Assembly (NCBI GenBank): GCA_030167865.1 | Contig: JALAGF010004276.1 | Coordinates: forward strand, 1-64,000 | Source of the DNA: Craspedostauros australis | Lineage: Eukaryota | DNA length: 64,000 nucleotides | Reading direction: 5' to 3' | Part shown: positions 22,358 through 34,394 of the stretch, in pieces | How the letters are laid out: the number at the start of each line of letters is the position of its first letter | Position numbering within the stretch: the first letter of the stretch is position 1 | Translations under genes and position numbers: made by a program | Notes under the pieces: model-generated | Told to the model about the DNA's origin: nothing | What the model saw: the letters and a program-made list of their open reading frames with translations, nothing else | Databases searched by the model: none

Positions 22358-25300
22358 ATGCCGATCGGACCGCGCAGATCAGTACGTCGCACGGCGAAGG
22401 CCGGTGTTGCCACCAAGAAGAGTTACCAGATCCCTGACTCCGACGATGACGCGTCTTCCTTCGGAGGCATCGGTGCATCATCCGTCAAGTCGACGCCATC
22501 CAAGGCCAAAGCCATGGCACGCAAGGTCGGTGGAGTGCTTGCCTCCCTCAGCATGAATAACAACAACCGCAGCAGCAGCGAGAAGGGGAATCGTGGCGTC
22601 AAGCAAGGCAAGGCCAAAGCAACCGCCAAGCAAACGAAGCCATCAAGCAATCCAAGCGGAGGAATGAAGCAGAAGAACGTCAACAAGCAGAGCTCTGATT
22701 CGCTGAGACTGGCAAAGGCAACACAGAAGGCTGCCACTGCCGCTGTCGCGACGTCGAAGCCAAGCAACAACAATGTGCCATCCCGCACGCAGGAAAAGGA
22801 GAATGCAGCAAAGTCCCGCCGCACTTCCATGGACACCGCAACGATGGCATCCCCATCGTTGCCCAAGTCGGTCTTGATTTGCACCGATGCCGACAGGCAC
22901 AGCAACATCCTCATGTCGCCGCCCACCGAGGCGCGACCGGCGTTCGCCACGCCATCCCAGCTCGATTCTGCGGCATCGCCCATGCATCATGATGACAACA
23001 TCAGCGCCATGAGCTCAAGCGTCTTCTCCCCACATCCGACGTACCAACGATCGGCCAACCGGCAGTCGCTTGCGAATGTCATGGAGACGAGCGCCGATAA
23101 GCTGCAGCGCACCAGCCGCCACTTGCAGTACGATCGCGACACCAAGGCTGCTCTTGCCGACGACGTCGATGATGACGACGACGCCACCCTATCCATGGGG
23201 ACGCCCATGAAGAAGCTACCGGATCGCTCTGGAATTCCCAAGGAGAATTTGGCCATGGATGACGACGCGACCTTCGAGAATGCCGACGACGGTGATGCCG
23301 CGTTGGAGACAACAGACGAGGGAACAGTCCGCAGCAACATGAAGAAGACCATTCTGGATGATGGCGATGACGACGAGGATGAAGCCTCGGCCAGCACGCA
23401 AGAGAACGAGTTCGAAGACTTCGATGAGGATGAATTCTCGGAGCCAGACGACGACAAGGATGACATGTACAACCCTGACGAGGATGACGACTCCTTCATT
23501 GTCGATGACGATGACGAGCTTGAGTTCGATGCTGTGGACTCTCCCATCAAGATCCAAACCCGGCGTGGCCGGGCTGCCTCGAAGAACACCAAGTCTGCAG
23601 CACCGAAGGCTGCAACGGACGCTACAGTGGATGACCTCAGCGTGAACATGAGCGCGCTCAATGTCAACGATGAAGCCGCCCCAGCCGCTGTTGCCGCCAC
23701 CACCGCCAACACTACCAATACCAACGAGGCCGAAGATGACAATGCCACCCTTCAGATCGATGCGGACGAGACAGTCGTCGTGGTCGACGATGATGCCACC
23801 ATTGCTCTTCCAACTGATGATACCGTCGACATGGCGCAGGTTGCAAGCACCACACCTGAATCCAAACAACATCCAGCAGATGCCTCGGGCATGTTCACAC
23901 CAGAGGCCGTCGCTGTCGTCGTGGACGATGACGACGACGGCACCTATGGCGACGACGATGAGGAGGATGAAGCTGAAGCCCTTGTGGCTACTATGCGCAC
24001 GCCAGCACCCCATGCAAGAAGGATGCAAACCAAACCATCCCCTAACAATGCAACCGTCGACTCGATGGCATACTCCACCGACAAATCCGATGTTGAGGAT
24101 GATCATCCGATTCATGATGACGCCGATGACGACGACGAAACAGTGTCGTATGCCGGAGGCGTGTCCAAGCTTCTCAAAAAGTTTGAAAGTCATGGAGCGG
24201 GCACACCGGACACTGCAGCGAGCAACACTCAACTGGCATCCTCGAAAGCATCGAAAAACGCATCATCTCAAGCAAAATCAATCAAATCTCCCATGAGCGC
24301 TACCAAGTATTCGACAATTGATTCGCCACTACCCACAGCTGATGCCACACTCAAGAAGGCGCAGTCACCTGCGCAGAGCAAGGTAACAACAGCAGCGAAT
24401 GCCAACGGCAAGGGCAAGCAACGTAAGTACCACCGCAGCGAAGGCAACATCAAGCCAGGCAAGTGGTCCCTTGGCACCAAGATTGGCGTCGGATCATTCG
24501 GCGTTGTTCATGTGGGCATGAACATGGCGACAGGCACGCTGATGGCTGTCAAGAGCTTCAAGATGTCAACGTCCGTCATGAAGGACGTCCGCTCGGAGGT
24601 CGAGCTGATGCGGTCGCTCAATCACCACAACATTGTCCAGTACTACGGTGCCGAAATCGAACGCAACGTGCTCCACATCTTCCAGGAGTGGGTGCCGGCT
24701 GGCAGCGTCGCGGAGATGTTGAGCAAATTCGGCGCTTTCTCCATGTCCGTCATCCGCAGCTACCTCAAGCAGACGCTGACGGGGTTGGCATTCCTGCATT
24801 CCAACAGCATCTTGCATCGCGACATCAAGGGTTCCAACCTCCTTGTCACCAATGAGGGCATCGTGAAGCTGGCAGACTTTGGCGCCAGCAAGAGGGTCGG
24901 AGACTTCCAGGATGATCTGATGATGTCCATGACGGCCAGAGGCACACCGTACTTCATGGCCCCCGAGGTGTTTGAAGAGAAGTACAGCTCGAAGGCCGAC
25001 ATCTGGAGCGTCGGATGCGTGGCTTATCAGATGGTGACCGGATCCCCGCCGTGGAAGGACAAGGGTTTCACCAACCCCATCACGTTGTTCAACTACCTCA
25101 AGAAGCGATGCGGACCACCGGCCATGAAGTTGGAGGGACGATCCAACATCACATCCGACGAGAAGGCCTCCACAGGTTTGTTCCAGGCCCTCGTCGGCAA
25201 ATGCTACCACAAGCATCCATCCACACGGCCAACCGCGAAGGCGCTTCTGGGAGACGCCTTCTTCATCGAGATGCATCATGACGAAGACGACGCCAGCAAT

Positions 25301-25954
25301 ACACCCTGTAAGGCGCTGTTCTCTCCAGGGGCCTCGACTGTGGCCTCCCGGTCTCCAATCGGATACCACCAGCTTCCACCGACATCGCCTTCGCCGATCA
25401 AACTGACCAGAAGCAAGAGCGTTGTGGACCAAAGGGCCTCGTTCATCTCACCTCCTCGACCGCGCAAGATTGTGGCAGGTATTGGTAGTGCTGGTGCGAG
25501 CCCCAGCCCCATCCGAAGCACATCCAAGCCCAGGAGCAAGGCATCGCCGGTGTCCACAAAAACGAAGGAGCGCCTTTCGTACGCCAGCGAGAAGCTGCAG
25601 ACACTGCAGTACGGCAGCAGTTCACCCAGCAGGAAGCAACCATCCACCACTACCACCACCAACAACAACAACAACGGCACACGATCCACCCTCGTGTCGT
25701 CGCCGGGCGCCGACTCAAAGAAGTGGCCAATCTGGGCACGAGACAAGCTGAAGAGTATCAACTCGCAACAACTGACACCAGACAGCAAGCGCGAATTGTC
25801 CAAGCTGATGGACAGTTTGGCCTTGAGCCCCGACAGCAGCAGCACCAACCAGAAGAGCAGCAGTTACAACCCGTACGGCAGCCGACGCGGATCCTCCACG
25901 TCCAACCTCAAGGGATTGGACTTCTTGAATGGCAGCACCAAGATCGAAATCTAG
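22358..25954 (+). CDS. Ser/Thr kinase, STE11/MAP3K (NPK1/ANP-like), with a long acidic disordered N-terminus
   Basis: IGVGSFGVV, MAVK, IFQEWVPAGS, HRDIKGSN, VKLADFGASK, GTPYFMAPE and DIWSVGC...TGSPPW. Confidence 0.92.
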   Translation: MPIGPRRSVRRTAKAGVATKKSYQIPDSDDDASSFGGIGASSVKSTPSKAKAMARKVGGVLASLSMNNNNRSSSEKGNRGVKQGKAKATAKQTKPSSNPSGGMKQKNVNKQSSDSLRLAKATQKAATAAVATSKPSNNNVPSRTQEKENAAKSRRTSMDTATMASPSLPKSVLICTDADRHSNILMSPPTEARPAFATPSQLDSAASPMHHDDNISAMSSSVFSPHPTYQRSANRQSLANVMETSADKLQRTSRHLQYDRDTKAALADDVDDDDDATLSMGTPMKKLPDRSGIPKENLAMDDDATFENADDGDAALETTDEGTVRSNMKKTILDDGDDDEDEASASTQENEFEDFDEDEFSEPDDDKDDMYNPDEDDDSFIVDDDDELEFDAVDSPIKIQTRRGRAASKNTKSAAPKAATDATVDDLSVNMSALNVNDEAAPAAVAATTANTTNTNEAEDDNATLQIDADETVVVVDDDATIALPTDDTVDMAQVASTTPESKQHPADASGMFTPEAVAVVVDDDDDGTYGDDDEEDEAEALVATMRTPAPHARRMQTKPSPNNATVDSMAYSTDKSDVEDDHPIHDDADDDDETVSYAGGVSKLLKKFESHGAGTPDTAASNTQLASSKASKNASSQAKSIKSPMSATKYSTIDSPLPTADATLKKAQSPAQSKVTTAANANGKGKQRKYHRSEGNIKPGKWSLGTKIGVGSFGVVHVGMNMATGTLMAVKSFKMSTSVMKDVRSEVELMRSLNHHNIVQYYGAEIERNVLHIFQEWVPAGSVAEMLSKFGAFSMSVIRSYLKQTLTGLAFLHSNSILHRDIKGSNLLVTNEGIVKLADFGASKRVGDFQDDLMMSMTARGTPYFMAPEVFEEKYSSKADIWSVGCVAYQMVTGSPPWKDKGFTNPITLFNYLKKRCGPPAMKLEGRSNITSDEKASTGLFQALVGKCYHKHPSTRPTAKALLGDAFFIEMHHDEDDASNTPCKALFSPGASTVASRSPIGYHQLPPTSPSPIKLTRSKSVVDQRASFISPPRPRKIVAGIGSAGASPSPIRSTSKPRSKASPVSTKTKERLSYASEKLQTLQYGSSSPSRKQPSTTTTTNNNNNGTRSTLVSSPGADSKKWPIWARDKLKSINSQQLTPDSKRELSKLMDSLALSPDSSSTNQKSSSYNPYGSRRGSSTSNLKGLDFLNGSTKIEI

Positions 25955-26006
25955 CATCGCATTGCATTGCACTGTGTTCATAATTTATAGAATCACAACG
26001 AATACT

Positions 26007-26936
26007 CTACAGGATCCATGGAATGATGGCTTTGCGTTGCGAGACGAATTCGGCTGTGTCGCCGTCCACCGTTTTCGAATTGAAGGTTTGCCGGTACCAT
26101 GTCTGGCTGTGCAACGCGTTGATGGAGAGGCTGACGCAGACCCAAAGCAGCAATCCGCAATGCCGTCGGTTGATGCTGTCGAATGGTAGCGCGAAGATAA
26201 GGGACGCGTACAACAGCACTTCCATGAGATAGTGAGGACATGAGACGTATCGAAAGAATCTTTGCCGCATGGGCAAATGATACTGCGCTGCATTGTGATT
26301 CTGTTGACGCAACTGACTCAAAAGCTCATGATGCCGGTACTGCTCATATTGGAAGTAGATATGTAGCGACATCGAGATCACGTTGGCGGTGGCATCGATG
26401 CTGTCGTCCTGCAAGAATGCCCACGGCAAGAGAGTGTAGTAAAATATCCCCAGCAAAAAGCTCGCGATGTGCATGTTGCTTCTCCACCGATGAATGTAAT
26501 AGCATTCGTAGGTGCGGCGCAGGCAATGCGCGAACATTGGAATCGCGATGGTCGTGGGTATGTGATAGTGTTTCGTTGGATCGGAGGACATTGGGAAGCA
26601 ACGGCGTTGTGCTAATCCGTAGATGAGAATCCAATTGGCAGTCGCCAGAAGGTAAAAGTATCGGAAGTAACTCTTCGGGATCCAGAGTCTGTCGATGATG
26701 CGATGCAATCGAGAGACTGTTGAAGTGGATTGGTTGGGCTTATCGGTTTGCCTCGTGCGAGTTGTCGATTGTTGCTGTTGCTGTTGTTGTTGAGGAGATG
26801 GTGCGTGCAGCACCTTGCCATGCAATGATAGCTTTGCCAAGAATGGGGAAACTTGCGTGAGGCACACCATCGTCGTCATCATCACGTAGATTGGCGCCAC
26901 CGAAAGAATGACGATCTCATGGAATCCCATCGTCAT
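26007..26936 (-). CDS. Polyprenol reductase / steroid 5-alpha reductase family (SRD5A3/DFG10-like)
   Basis: LHGK, IPKSYFRYFY, HCLRRTYEC, MHIASFLLGIFYY, FRYVSCPHYLMEVLLY and C-terminal RKAIIPWIL. Confidence 0.88.
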   Translation of the reverse strand: MTMGFHEIVILSVAPIYVMMTTMVCLTQVSPFLAKLSLHGKVLHAPSPQQQQQQQQSTTRTRQTDKPNQSTSTVSRLHRIIDRLWIPKSYFRYFYLLATANWILIYGLAQRRCFPMSSDPTKHYHIPTTIAIPMFAHCLRRTYECYYIHRWRSNMHIASFLLGIFYYTLLPWAFLQDDSIDATANVISMSLHIYFQYEQYRHHELLSQLRQQNHNAAQYHLPMRQRFFRYVSCPHYLMEVLLYASLIFALPFDSINRRHCGLLLWVCVSLSINALHSQTWYRQTFNSKTVDGDTAEFVSQRKAIIPWIL

Positions 26937-27588
26937 TTTGTATTCTGTGTTGTTGCACAACACCGTATTTCGTTGAGCTTGCTTAACCCTTTACCTTTCC
27001 TGCCTCAGCTCCAGTCAGGAGCACTCGTATTGGTAGTGTGATGGCTTCGAAAGTGGATTGCGACCTGCGATCTGTTGTCAGCCTTGTCTGCCTCCAGGCT
27101 CGTGCTTCCATCATTTCGCAGTACCGTGGTCATCGATGTGCCAACAGAAATCAAAAATCGCATTTTGGTGTTTTCCTCATTCTTCAACTCGTATCCATGA
27201 CTCAAATTGATAATGCTGGTGTTACTTTGTCTGTGTGAATGGGTGTGTTCGGACAGAGAACTACGACGAACCTGACGCACGGTTGCACGTGTGCACGTTT
27301 CTCGCAAACGTCCATCCAAATCCATCAAAAAAATGAAACGTTTCTGTTGCCAACGAACCGACTGGCTTTTTCGTCTTTCTTCCTCCTGTGTTCTGTTCTG
27401 CTCTGTTCCCTCTGTTGGCTATTGGTGTCCGATGGCAAGTGCAAGTGCGACTACTCGCACTTACAAATGCATGCATTGCCAGGCCTTCCTGTGTTGTACT
27501 CATAGATACAAGATCGTTGCTGAAGGGCCAAGGTGCTGCAACAATAGAGACCACAAGAGAACGCTCTCATTGGAAGACAGTAGCCAAT

Positions 27589-29541
27589 ATGAGATCAACC
27601 GCTTCTACCAGTGCAATGACAAAGACGATCACAGTTGCGCTTTGCGTTCTGTGCGCCATCAACTTTCTGTCGGAAGATGTGACGGCATTCCATGCCACCA
27701 ACCAGCATTTCTTGCCACAGCCAATCGCCTCCAAGGTGCATGGCCGCAACCAGTCTCGACAGCAGCAGCAGTATCAGTCTCATCATGAAAAGCACGTTGA
27801 TGACCCGCTCCACGTACCGACGCGGCTGCATACCTCCAGCGACATCGATGCCGACTCCATCATCACGAATGCAACGATGACGGAGACACCGACGGAAAGC
27901 GGGACGACCACGAAGGCGGACGCATCCTCCACCAAGGAGATGCTTCGCTTTGCACTGCCCGCGCTGGGCATCTTCCTCGCCAATCCGTTGCTCAGCAACA
28001 TCGACAACGCCTTCATCGGCAAGACCGTCGGCACACAGGGGTTGGCGGCCATGTCACCGGCCACCGTCTGCACGGATCAGATGCTCTACCTCTTTTCCTT
28101 CCTGGGACGTGCCACCACCGGGTTGGTCTCGGGCGCCTTCGGAACGAACCGCGATACCGATGCCGCACGCGAGGCGGCTGCTGCACCGCTCACCGTCTCC
28201 TTGATCTGCGGTGTCTTCCTGTCCATCTTTTACGCCGTCGGCACGCCGCTGCTGCTTTCGGGACTCAATGTCAACCAGGCTCTGCGTCCCGCCGCCGCAT
28301 CGTACGTCCACTGGCGCGGCGCCATCTCCTGGGCCGCATTGGGACAAGCCTCGGCCTTGTCGGCCATCATGAGCACGAGGGATGCCATCACGCCGTTGAA
28401 GATTGTGGCGTTGGCGGCGGCCATCAACATCGTGGGCGACGCCGCGCTGTGCGTGTGGCCGTTGCGCATGGGATGCGCTGGTGCGGCGGCCGCAACGTCC
28501 TTCGCAACCGTCGTGTCGACGGCGTTCATGTGTCGCGCGTTGCACAAGAAGAAGATGCTGCCCAAGCTCAAGCTGCCGTCGAAGAAGGAATGGGCCGCGT
28601 TGCTGGAGTACACGGGGCCGCTCATGGCCATCACCGTGGCGCGTCTGCTGGGTACCATCGCCATGCAGAAGAAGGCGATGGCGCTGGGCGTTCCGGAGAC
28701 GGCCGCACTGCAGGTCTCCATCAATCTGGTCTTCTTCTTCTTCCTCTTTGGCGAGCCAATCTCGCAGCTGTCCCAAACCACCCTGCCGGCCCTCCTGGCG
28801 GACTCCAAGAAGTCGCGTGACGTGGGACCCGCAGTGCGCCAGAACTTGAAGAGTATTCTCAAATTCGGCGCCGTCACGTCCGTGGTCGTGGGTGCCACCG
28901 CGGGTCTCATCTTGAACTTTGGTGCTGGTGCATTCACGTCCGATGCGGTTGTTCGCACGTTGGCGCAGGCAGCATCACCATCCGTCTTTGTGGCCGTGGC
29001 GACTTGTATCTTTGCCAGTACGTGCATCCAATGTTGAATGGACGGATTGCGGTTGCTCTTACTCGTTTTTGTTTCAATGCTGCGTGTACCTGTCTTGCGT
29101 CATTTGGTTACCATTGTGTTTGCTTGCCATCAATGCTCTCACAAGTACAGGTATGAATGGTGTCCACACGTGCTTCAATCTATTCTAACTCCATTTGAAT
29201 TTCACGATATTATATAATACATGATACTCTGTCTTCCCACTCCATCCCTACCCTACTGCAATACCCGCGCAAAATCACATAAATTATGAATCTATCAAAC
29301 AGTCGCCGTGGACGGTGCCATGCTGGCATCGCGTGATTTCGGCTTCATGCTGGCCGTGGCGATGTCATCGTTGGTGGTGCAGATGTATCTGTTGAAGAAT
29401 TGGGTGACGAATCTGTCCGGAATTTACTACACCTTTGCATTGAGGATCGGAGCGTACACTCTGTTGTCGCTTTTGCGTATCTTTTCGGGAAGGGGCGTGC
29501 TGGGCCAGTTCTACCGCAAGGAGAAGACCAAGGCGGCTTAG
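27589..29541 (+). CDS. MATE efflux transporter (plant DTX45-47/EDS5-like), probably plastid-targeted; 2 exons (27589-29017, 29303-29541)
   Basis: EMLRFALPALGIFLANPLLSNIDNAFIG, GLAAMSPAT, INIVGDAALC...GCAGAAAAT and GEPISQLSQT. Exon 2 gives AVDGAMLASRDF. Signal peptide followed by A-F. Confidence 0.9.
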
Positions 29542-29911
29542 GCGTCCATGCATGCATGGCATGAATGTGGGAGTGCGCATGCAGATGGATGGATGGATGG
29601 GCTGATCGATCAATTATTTGGATGCGCCGTGGCAAGAAGCAACCGGCGAGGTGAAGAGACAGTCAACAATGGGCAAGGAAGCCCTGCAACAGAGCCGTTG
29701 CAGAGTAGCATGATCCCCCTCAAGTGCCCAATCCATTCTCGTAAAACACAAAGTCTTACAACTAGTCCAGTCTGATGCAATGCGCTGCTCCATCGTGCCC
29801 ACGCAAATACAATCCGCAATCGTTCGCACAGCCACACATATCAGACAATTCAAACGACCAATTCAATTCAATTCAATAGAACGCAAGTCAATTCAAAATG
29901 TGTTCACTCTA

Positions 29912-30329
29912 TTATCCATCGGCAAACTCCATGGTGGCCGTATGCGTCGACCCTTGCGGCAGCGAATCCGTCATGCGCACCGAGTGGGTCGTGTTGCCAC
30001 CACGGCCTGCCAGCGGATCCAGATTGAAGCCTTCGAGATCTTCGTGGAAGGCCTCCTCCTCGATCCCCGAAATTTCACTGACCGCGATCGATCGCGTGGA
30101 GACGTTGCCGATCTTGCGTGACAGATCGCTGAAGATGGAACCGGCTTCGTCGGATCTGTCGGAAATGCGTGACAAACCGGACATCAACGATCGCCGACTT
30201 CCGAAGAACGCCATGCCGGGGTTGTTGCTGTTTGCGCGTCCCGACGTGCCGCCGTCCTTCTGCATGCCGTTGGCGTTGTTGTCGGCGCCGTTGTCGGATG
30301 GGTTATTGTTGTTGTTGCTATTATTCGCG

Positions 30330-30361
<32 letters not shown>

Positions 30362-31945
30362 GGCGATGTTATTCGCGTCATAGCCCGCGGACATGTTGAT
30401 GGCACCTGTGGGGTTGTTGACATTGTTGTTGGCTGCTGCTGCTGCCGTTGACGCCGCATGTTGGCTGTTGTGCGCCGAGAGGTTGGAGAGGAGGGAGAAG
30501 GTGGAGCTTTCGACGGGATGAATATCCGGCATGCCATCACCGATACTGCGTTGTGACGGCGGTCGCTTGTACTTCATTCTGGCAAACAGACGCCGCCTAT
30601 CAAAGTTGCGCATGCTGGGGCTGGGCATGCCGGGCGATGACATGCCGCCCATGCTCGGGCTCGCCATGGCTGACGGTGGCATTGGCGGAGGTGGTGGTAA
30701 CTGCTGGTTCATGTGCTGCTGGTTCATTTGCTGTTGTTGCTGCTGGAATTGATTCTGCATGTTGGGCACGCCCACCATGCCCATGTCGACGGGACCGCCG
30801 CCGAAAATGTATGGATCGGCGGCGCCAAGATTGTGCGGGCCACCGTTGATGGAGTCGTCTATGCTCATGGCGCCCATGGATCGGTTGATGTCGGCAGCGC
30901 TCATTCCGCTGAAGTTGGACCAAAGGGAGAGGTTTGATTCCGCGATGCCGAGCTCCTGCGCCGCCTGTGCCATTCGTCCCGTGATGGAAGGTCGCAGCCG
31001 TGCCCTCATGGAGCTCCGCGTGGAATCCGCGTCACTGAGGGATGCAGCAGCGGCTGCCGCAGCTGCCGTGGCCGCGGTATTCATGGAGTTGAGGCTCATG
31101 CGTAACAGATCGGCCTGCATTTCTGGTGACATCGCGCCTGCACCGATCGATGAGCCGATGCTGGCCAGACTGCCCAGACTGGCGTTGGGCATGATGGACG
31201 GCGGGGCGACCGGGCCTCTGGATCTCGGTGGGGGCATGTCCTGGAATGCATTGGAGCGGGCGTTTGGGTTGGACTGCTGCTGCTGCGCCGCCAGGTGTTG
31301 CTGCTGTGCGATGTGTGCCTGCTGCTGGTGGTGCGTGAGGGCGGGATGAGGCGCCATGAAGGCAGCTGCAGCGGAGGGATCGAAGCCGCCCATGCGCTGC
31401 TGCTGTTGCATGCCCGGGGTCGTATATATGCCGTTGTTGGAGTTTGCCACGGCGGCGGCGTACTGCGCATCGAGAGAGATGCCTCCGTTGGGCGGTGGCA
31501 GACCACCCATCTCCACCATCTTCTGCCTGAGCTTGGGCTGTCCTTCTCGCAGGGCCTGCGACGTCTTTTCGATGGCCTTCTTGTCGCCGATGTCAAACCA
31601 CGAGCCCTTCTTGGTGTTCTTCTCCAGGAACCGGCCCTGCTGCTCCCTGATCGCCGCCACGATGCTGCGTGAAATCTTGAGCTTCTCCGTCTTGAGACAC
31701 GTGATGTAGAGGCCCTTGTTGAGATTGACGAGACGGCGGTAGGTCTGGTTGCCTGGATGGCGCAGGGCTGCGCCTCCGCGACCACAGAGCACGTCTGTGT
31801 CTCTCGGATCCGTCACATCCTTGAGGTCCAGCGGTCCGTTGCCATCCCCGTTTTCGTTGTTGTTGTTGCTTGTGCCTTCTGCTGACGCGTCCTTGCCTTC
31901 CGACGAGTCAGCCCCCAAGCTCTTCGCGACTTCTGGTGTGGCCAT
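29912..31945 (-). CDS. DUF6824-domain protein with Q/N/M-rich low-complexity tail
   Basis: DVLCGRGG...HPGNQTYRRLV...KLKISRSIV...GRFL...W...IGDKKAIEKTSQALRE. Confidence 0.88.
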
Positions 31946-32801
31946 GCTGTCGTTGTCGTTGTTGTCGTTGTCGTCGTTGCTGTTGGTGGCTCAGCCTGTG
32001 GTTGTGGTTGTGGCTGTGTTCAAGTGCGTGGTTGCCTTGCGTTGGGTTGGACTTCAGCTTGGGTGTGTGTGTATGTGGTCTGACACCTTGATACCTTGGT
32101 GTTTTGATGCCTTGATGTGATGAAAGGATGCTTTGCTGATCGAATGGCCTTTTGTGGATTGATTCTCGCCAGAGCACTCCACCTACGTTGATTTCCTTTC
32201 TTCTGTCCCGATGTGTTGTGATGTGATGTGTTGTGCGACGCGTGATGTGCGATGTGTGGTTGGAGTTGTTCGCTCTCTGTCGTGCAGTGTGTGTGTCTGT
32301 GTGTGTGGCTGGTGTCGATCTGGTGGAAAACTGACGATTCTGGGCAGACGGTGTAGAGTTTGGGCTGCGGATTGCTCCTTGAATCTGAACCCCTTGTTCG
32401 GTTTTGTCAGTGTTCGTATGATGGTGTTCTGTTGTCTCGAGATCGCGGCAGAACAGTTCTGATGGTCCTGGAGGGTGTGTGTACACGTATCAGCAGACTG
32501 ATGGATGAATGGGTAGATGAATAGGTAGATGCGCCTGTCCAAGTCGGGAGTGTGGAGTGTTCTACTCTGCTCTATTCTGCTCTATTCGGATGTTCAGAAC
32601 GAGCGATGTATAAGTATGAGCGATGTATGGTATGAGCACGAGCGTGTCTGGTGTGCCGCAGAGCGTTGAGGCTGTTGCTGCTGTTTCACGCTGATGTTGT
32701 TGTCGAGGTAGGGACGAGGATGGTGCGACTGCAAGTGTTCGTGTCAATGTGATGCGGGGCTCTGCGGAGGATTGAGTTTGGATTCTGCCTCTCTACGTTC
32801 A

Positions 32802-32825
32802 AGAGAGAGAGAGAGAGAGAGAGAG
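32802..32825. repeat. (AG)n microsatellite
   Basis: Pure AG run. Similar runs at about 33388-33410, 38929-38945 and 43550-43578. Confidence 0.9.
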
Positions 32826-34394
32826 GATAGAGCTTCGAACAGGATCAGTCGGCGGAGATGTGATCAATTGGTCGGAGTTCTTGCGACGCTTTCGCTGCTG
32901 TCGCTGCTGCTGCTTCCGTTTGATGTTGATGTGCCTTGTTGCTCCAGTTTCTGTTGTTTCCTTCGCACGGATCGCTTGGTTTCTGTTAGCGGCCGCGGTT
33001 TCTCTATTGCTTCACGCTTCTGTCGCCTTCCCTCCTTCGTGATGTTGATGTTGCTGCTTCTTCCGTTGTTTCTCTTCTTGTTCGGTATTGAAGGCCGGGT
33101 CGTGTGTACCAATACCTGTGAAGCCGCAATTGTCGGTGCGATGTCCTCAAGTGCGATCTCAATGATGTGGCTGCGATGACGCAAAGCCAGAGAGTGGCGG
33201 TCGGAGTACGAAGACGGATACGAAGACGAGCACGACTGCCAGAGCACGAGTATCAACGGCTTCCCTCCACTTCGAATCCAAAGGCCCAATCTGATAGTTT
33301 CTCTCCCAAAAAAAAGGCTGCGTTCGTGTTCTTGCTGCCCTCCTCCTTGTGCCTGTGTGTTACTTCCTTGCTAATGGTTTCGCCTCCTCTCTCTCTCTCT
33401 CTCTCTCTCGTTTGTTGCCTCCACCCACACAGACTCTTCTTGGTTGGTGTGGATGTGTACGCGCAGAATGCTGGTAGCACCGCAGATCGTATTCGTCGCT
33501 TTTCACAGCAACTCGTGCGTAGTTCGTCGCTCGTGTGTGTGTGTTGGCGCCCCTGGATGCTGCCCTGCCCTGTCTCCTTGTTTCGGTCGACGATGATCTT
33601 TGCTGTTCGGTTGTCGCGTGTGTGAATGTCGTCACGCAACAACGAACAACAGAAGCGAAGGATGAACACAAACCTGCGCCCACCACCACAGACGAACACA
33701 AGAGAGAGAGCAAATCCCGGAGAGGCGGAGCCAAAACGGCAACAACAACGCTGCACCATGTTTGAGACAACACGCTCCTGAAACACGACATTCCAAGACC
33801 CAACATTGCGCTGGATCCGCGAAGAACCACACACGGATCGATGGCTCGTTTCGGCATGGCGATACGGTTCTGCCTTCTGTCCTGGGAATGTCGATTGGGA
33901 CATCGCACGTGTGCAGGACAGACCAGTCCTGCGCAACAACTTGGCCGTACAAATCTACCAGATGACTACGTGAAGATCGGAATGCCTTGCAAAAAGATTC
34001 CAGTCATTTCGGTTTCTTTGCGTTTTTGTCATCAATCGCGCGTACTCAGTCGTGTGTGGTTACGTGAATGACTCGATGGATTGCACCGATGCCCCCGACA
34101 ACCTCGACCACATGCAGAGAACACATCACGTCACATCGGCATGTGTCAAACCAAATCGAATCCAACACCAACCAAATTCGTTCTTTGGCAGCCAACGCCA
34201 AAATGCCACAGAAGCCGCACATCACATCATCACACCTTTTGGCTCTTGTTTCCAGGGCAATGCCCGAGGACCCGTCCATCGTCTCTCGGATCACATCTCG
34301 TTGAACATAGAGCACGGAGCACGGAGCACAGAGCACGGAGCAATCACACCATCTTATTTGCATTGACATTCCCAACGGCACTTCTCTTACCATC

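Noticed and set aside
32100-34390. Long spacer with many small ORFs and GA/CT microsatellites
   Set aside because: Low-complexity UTR/promoter sequence with no evidence of a coding or structured RNA gene.
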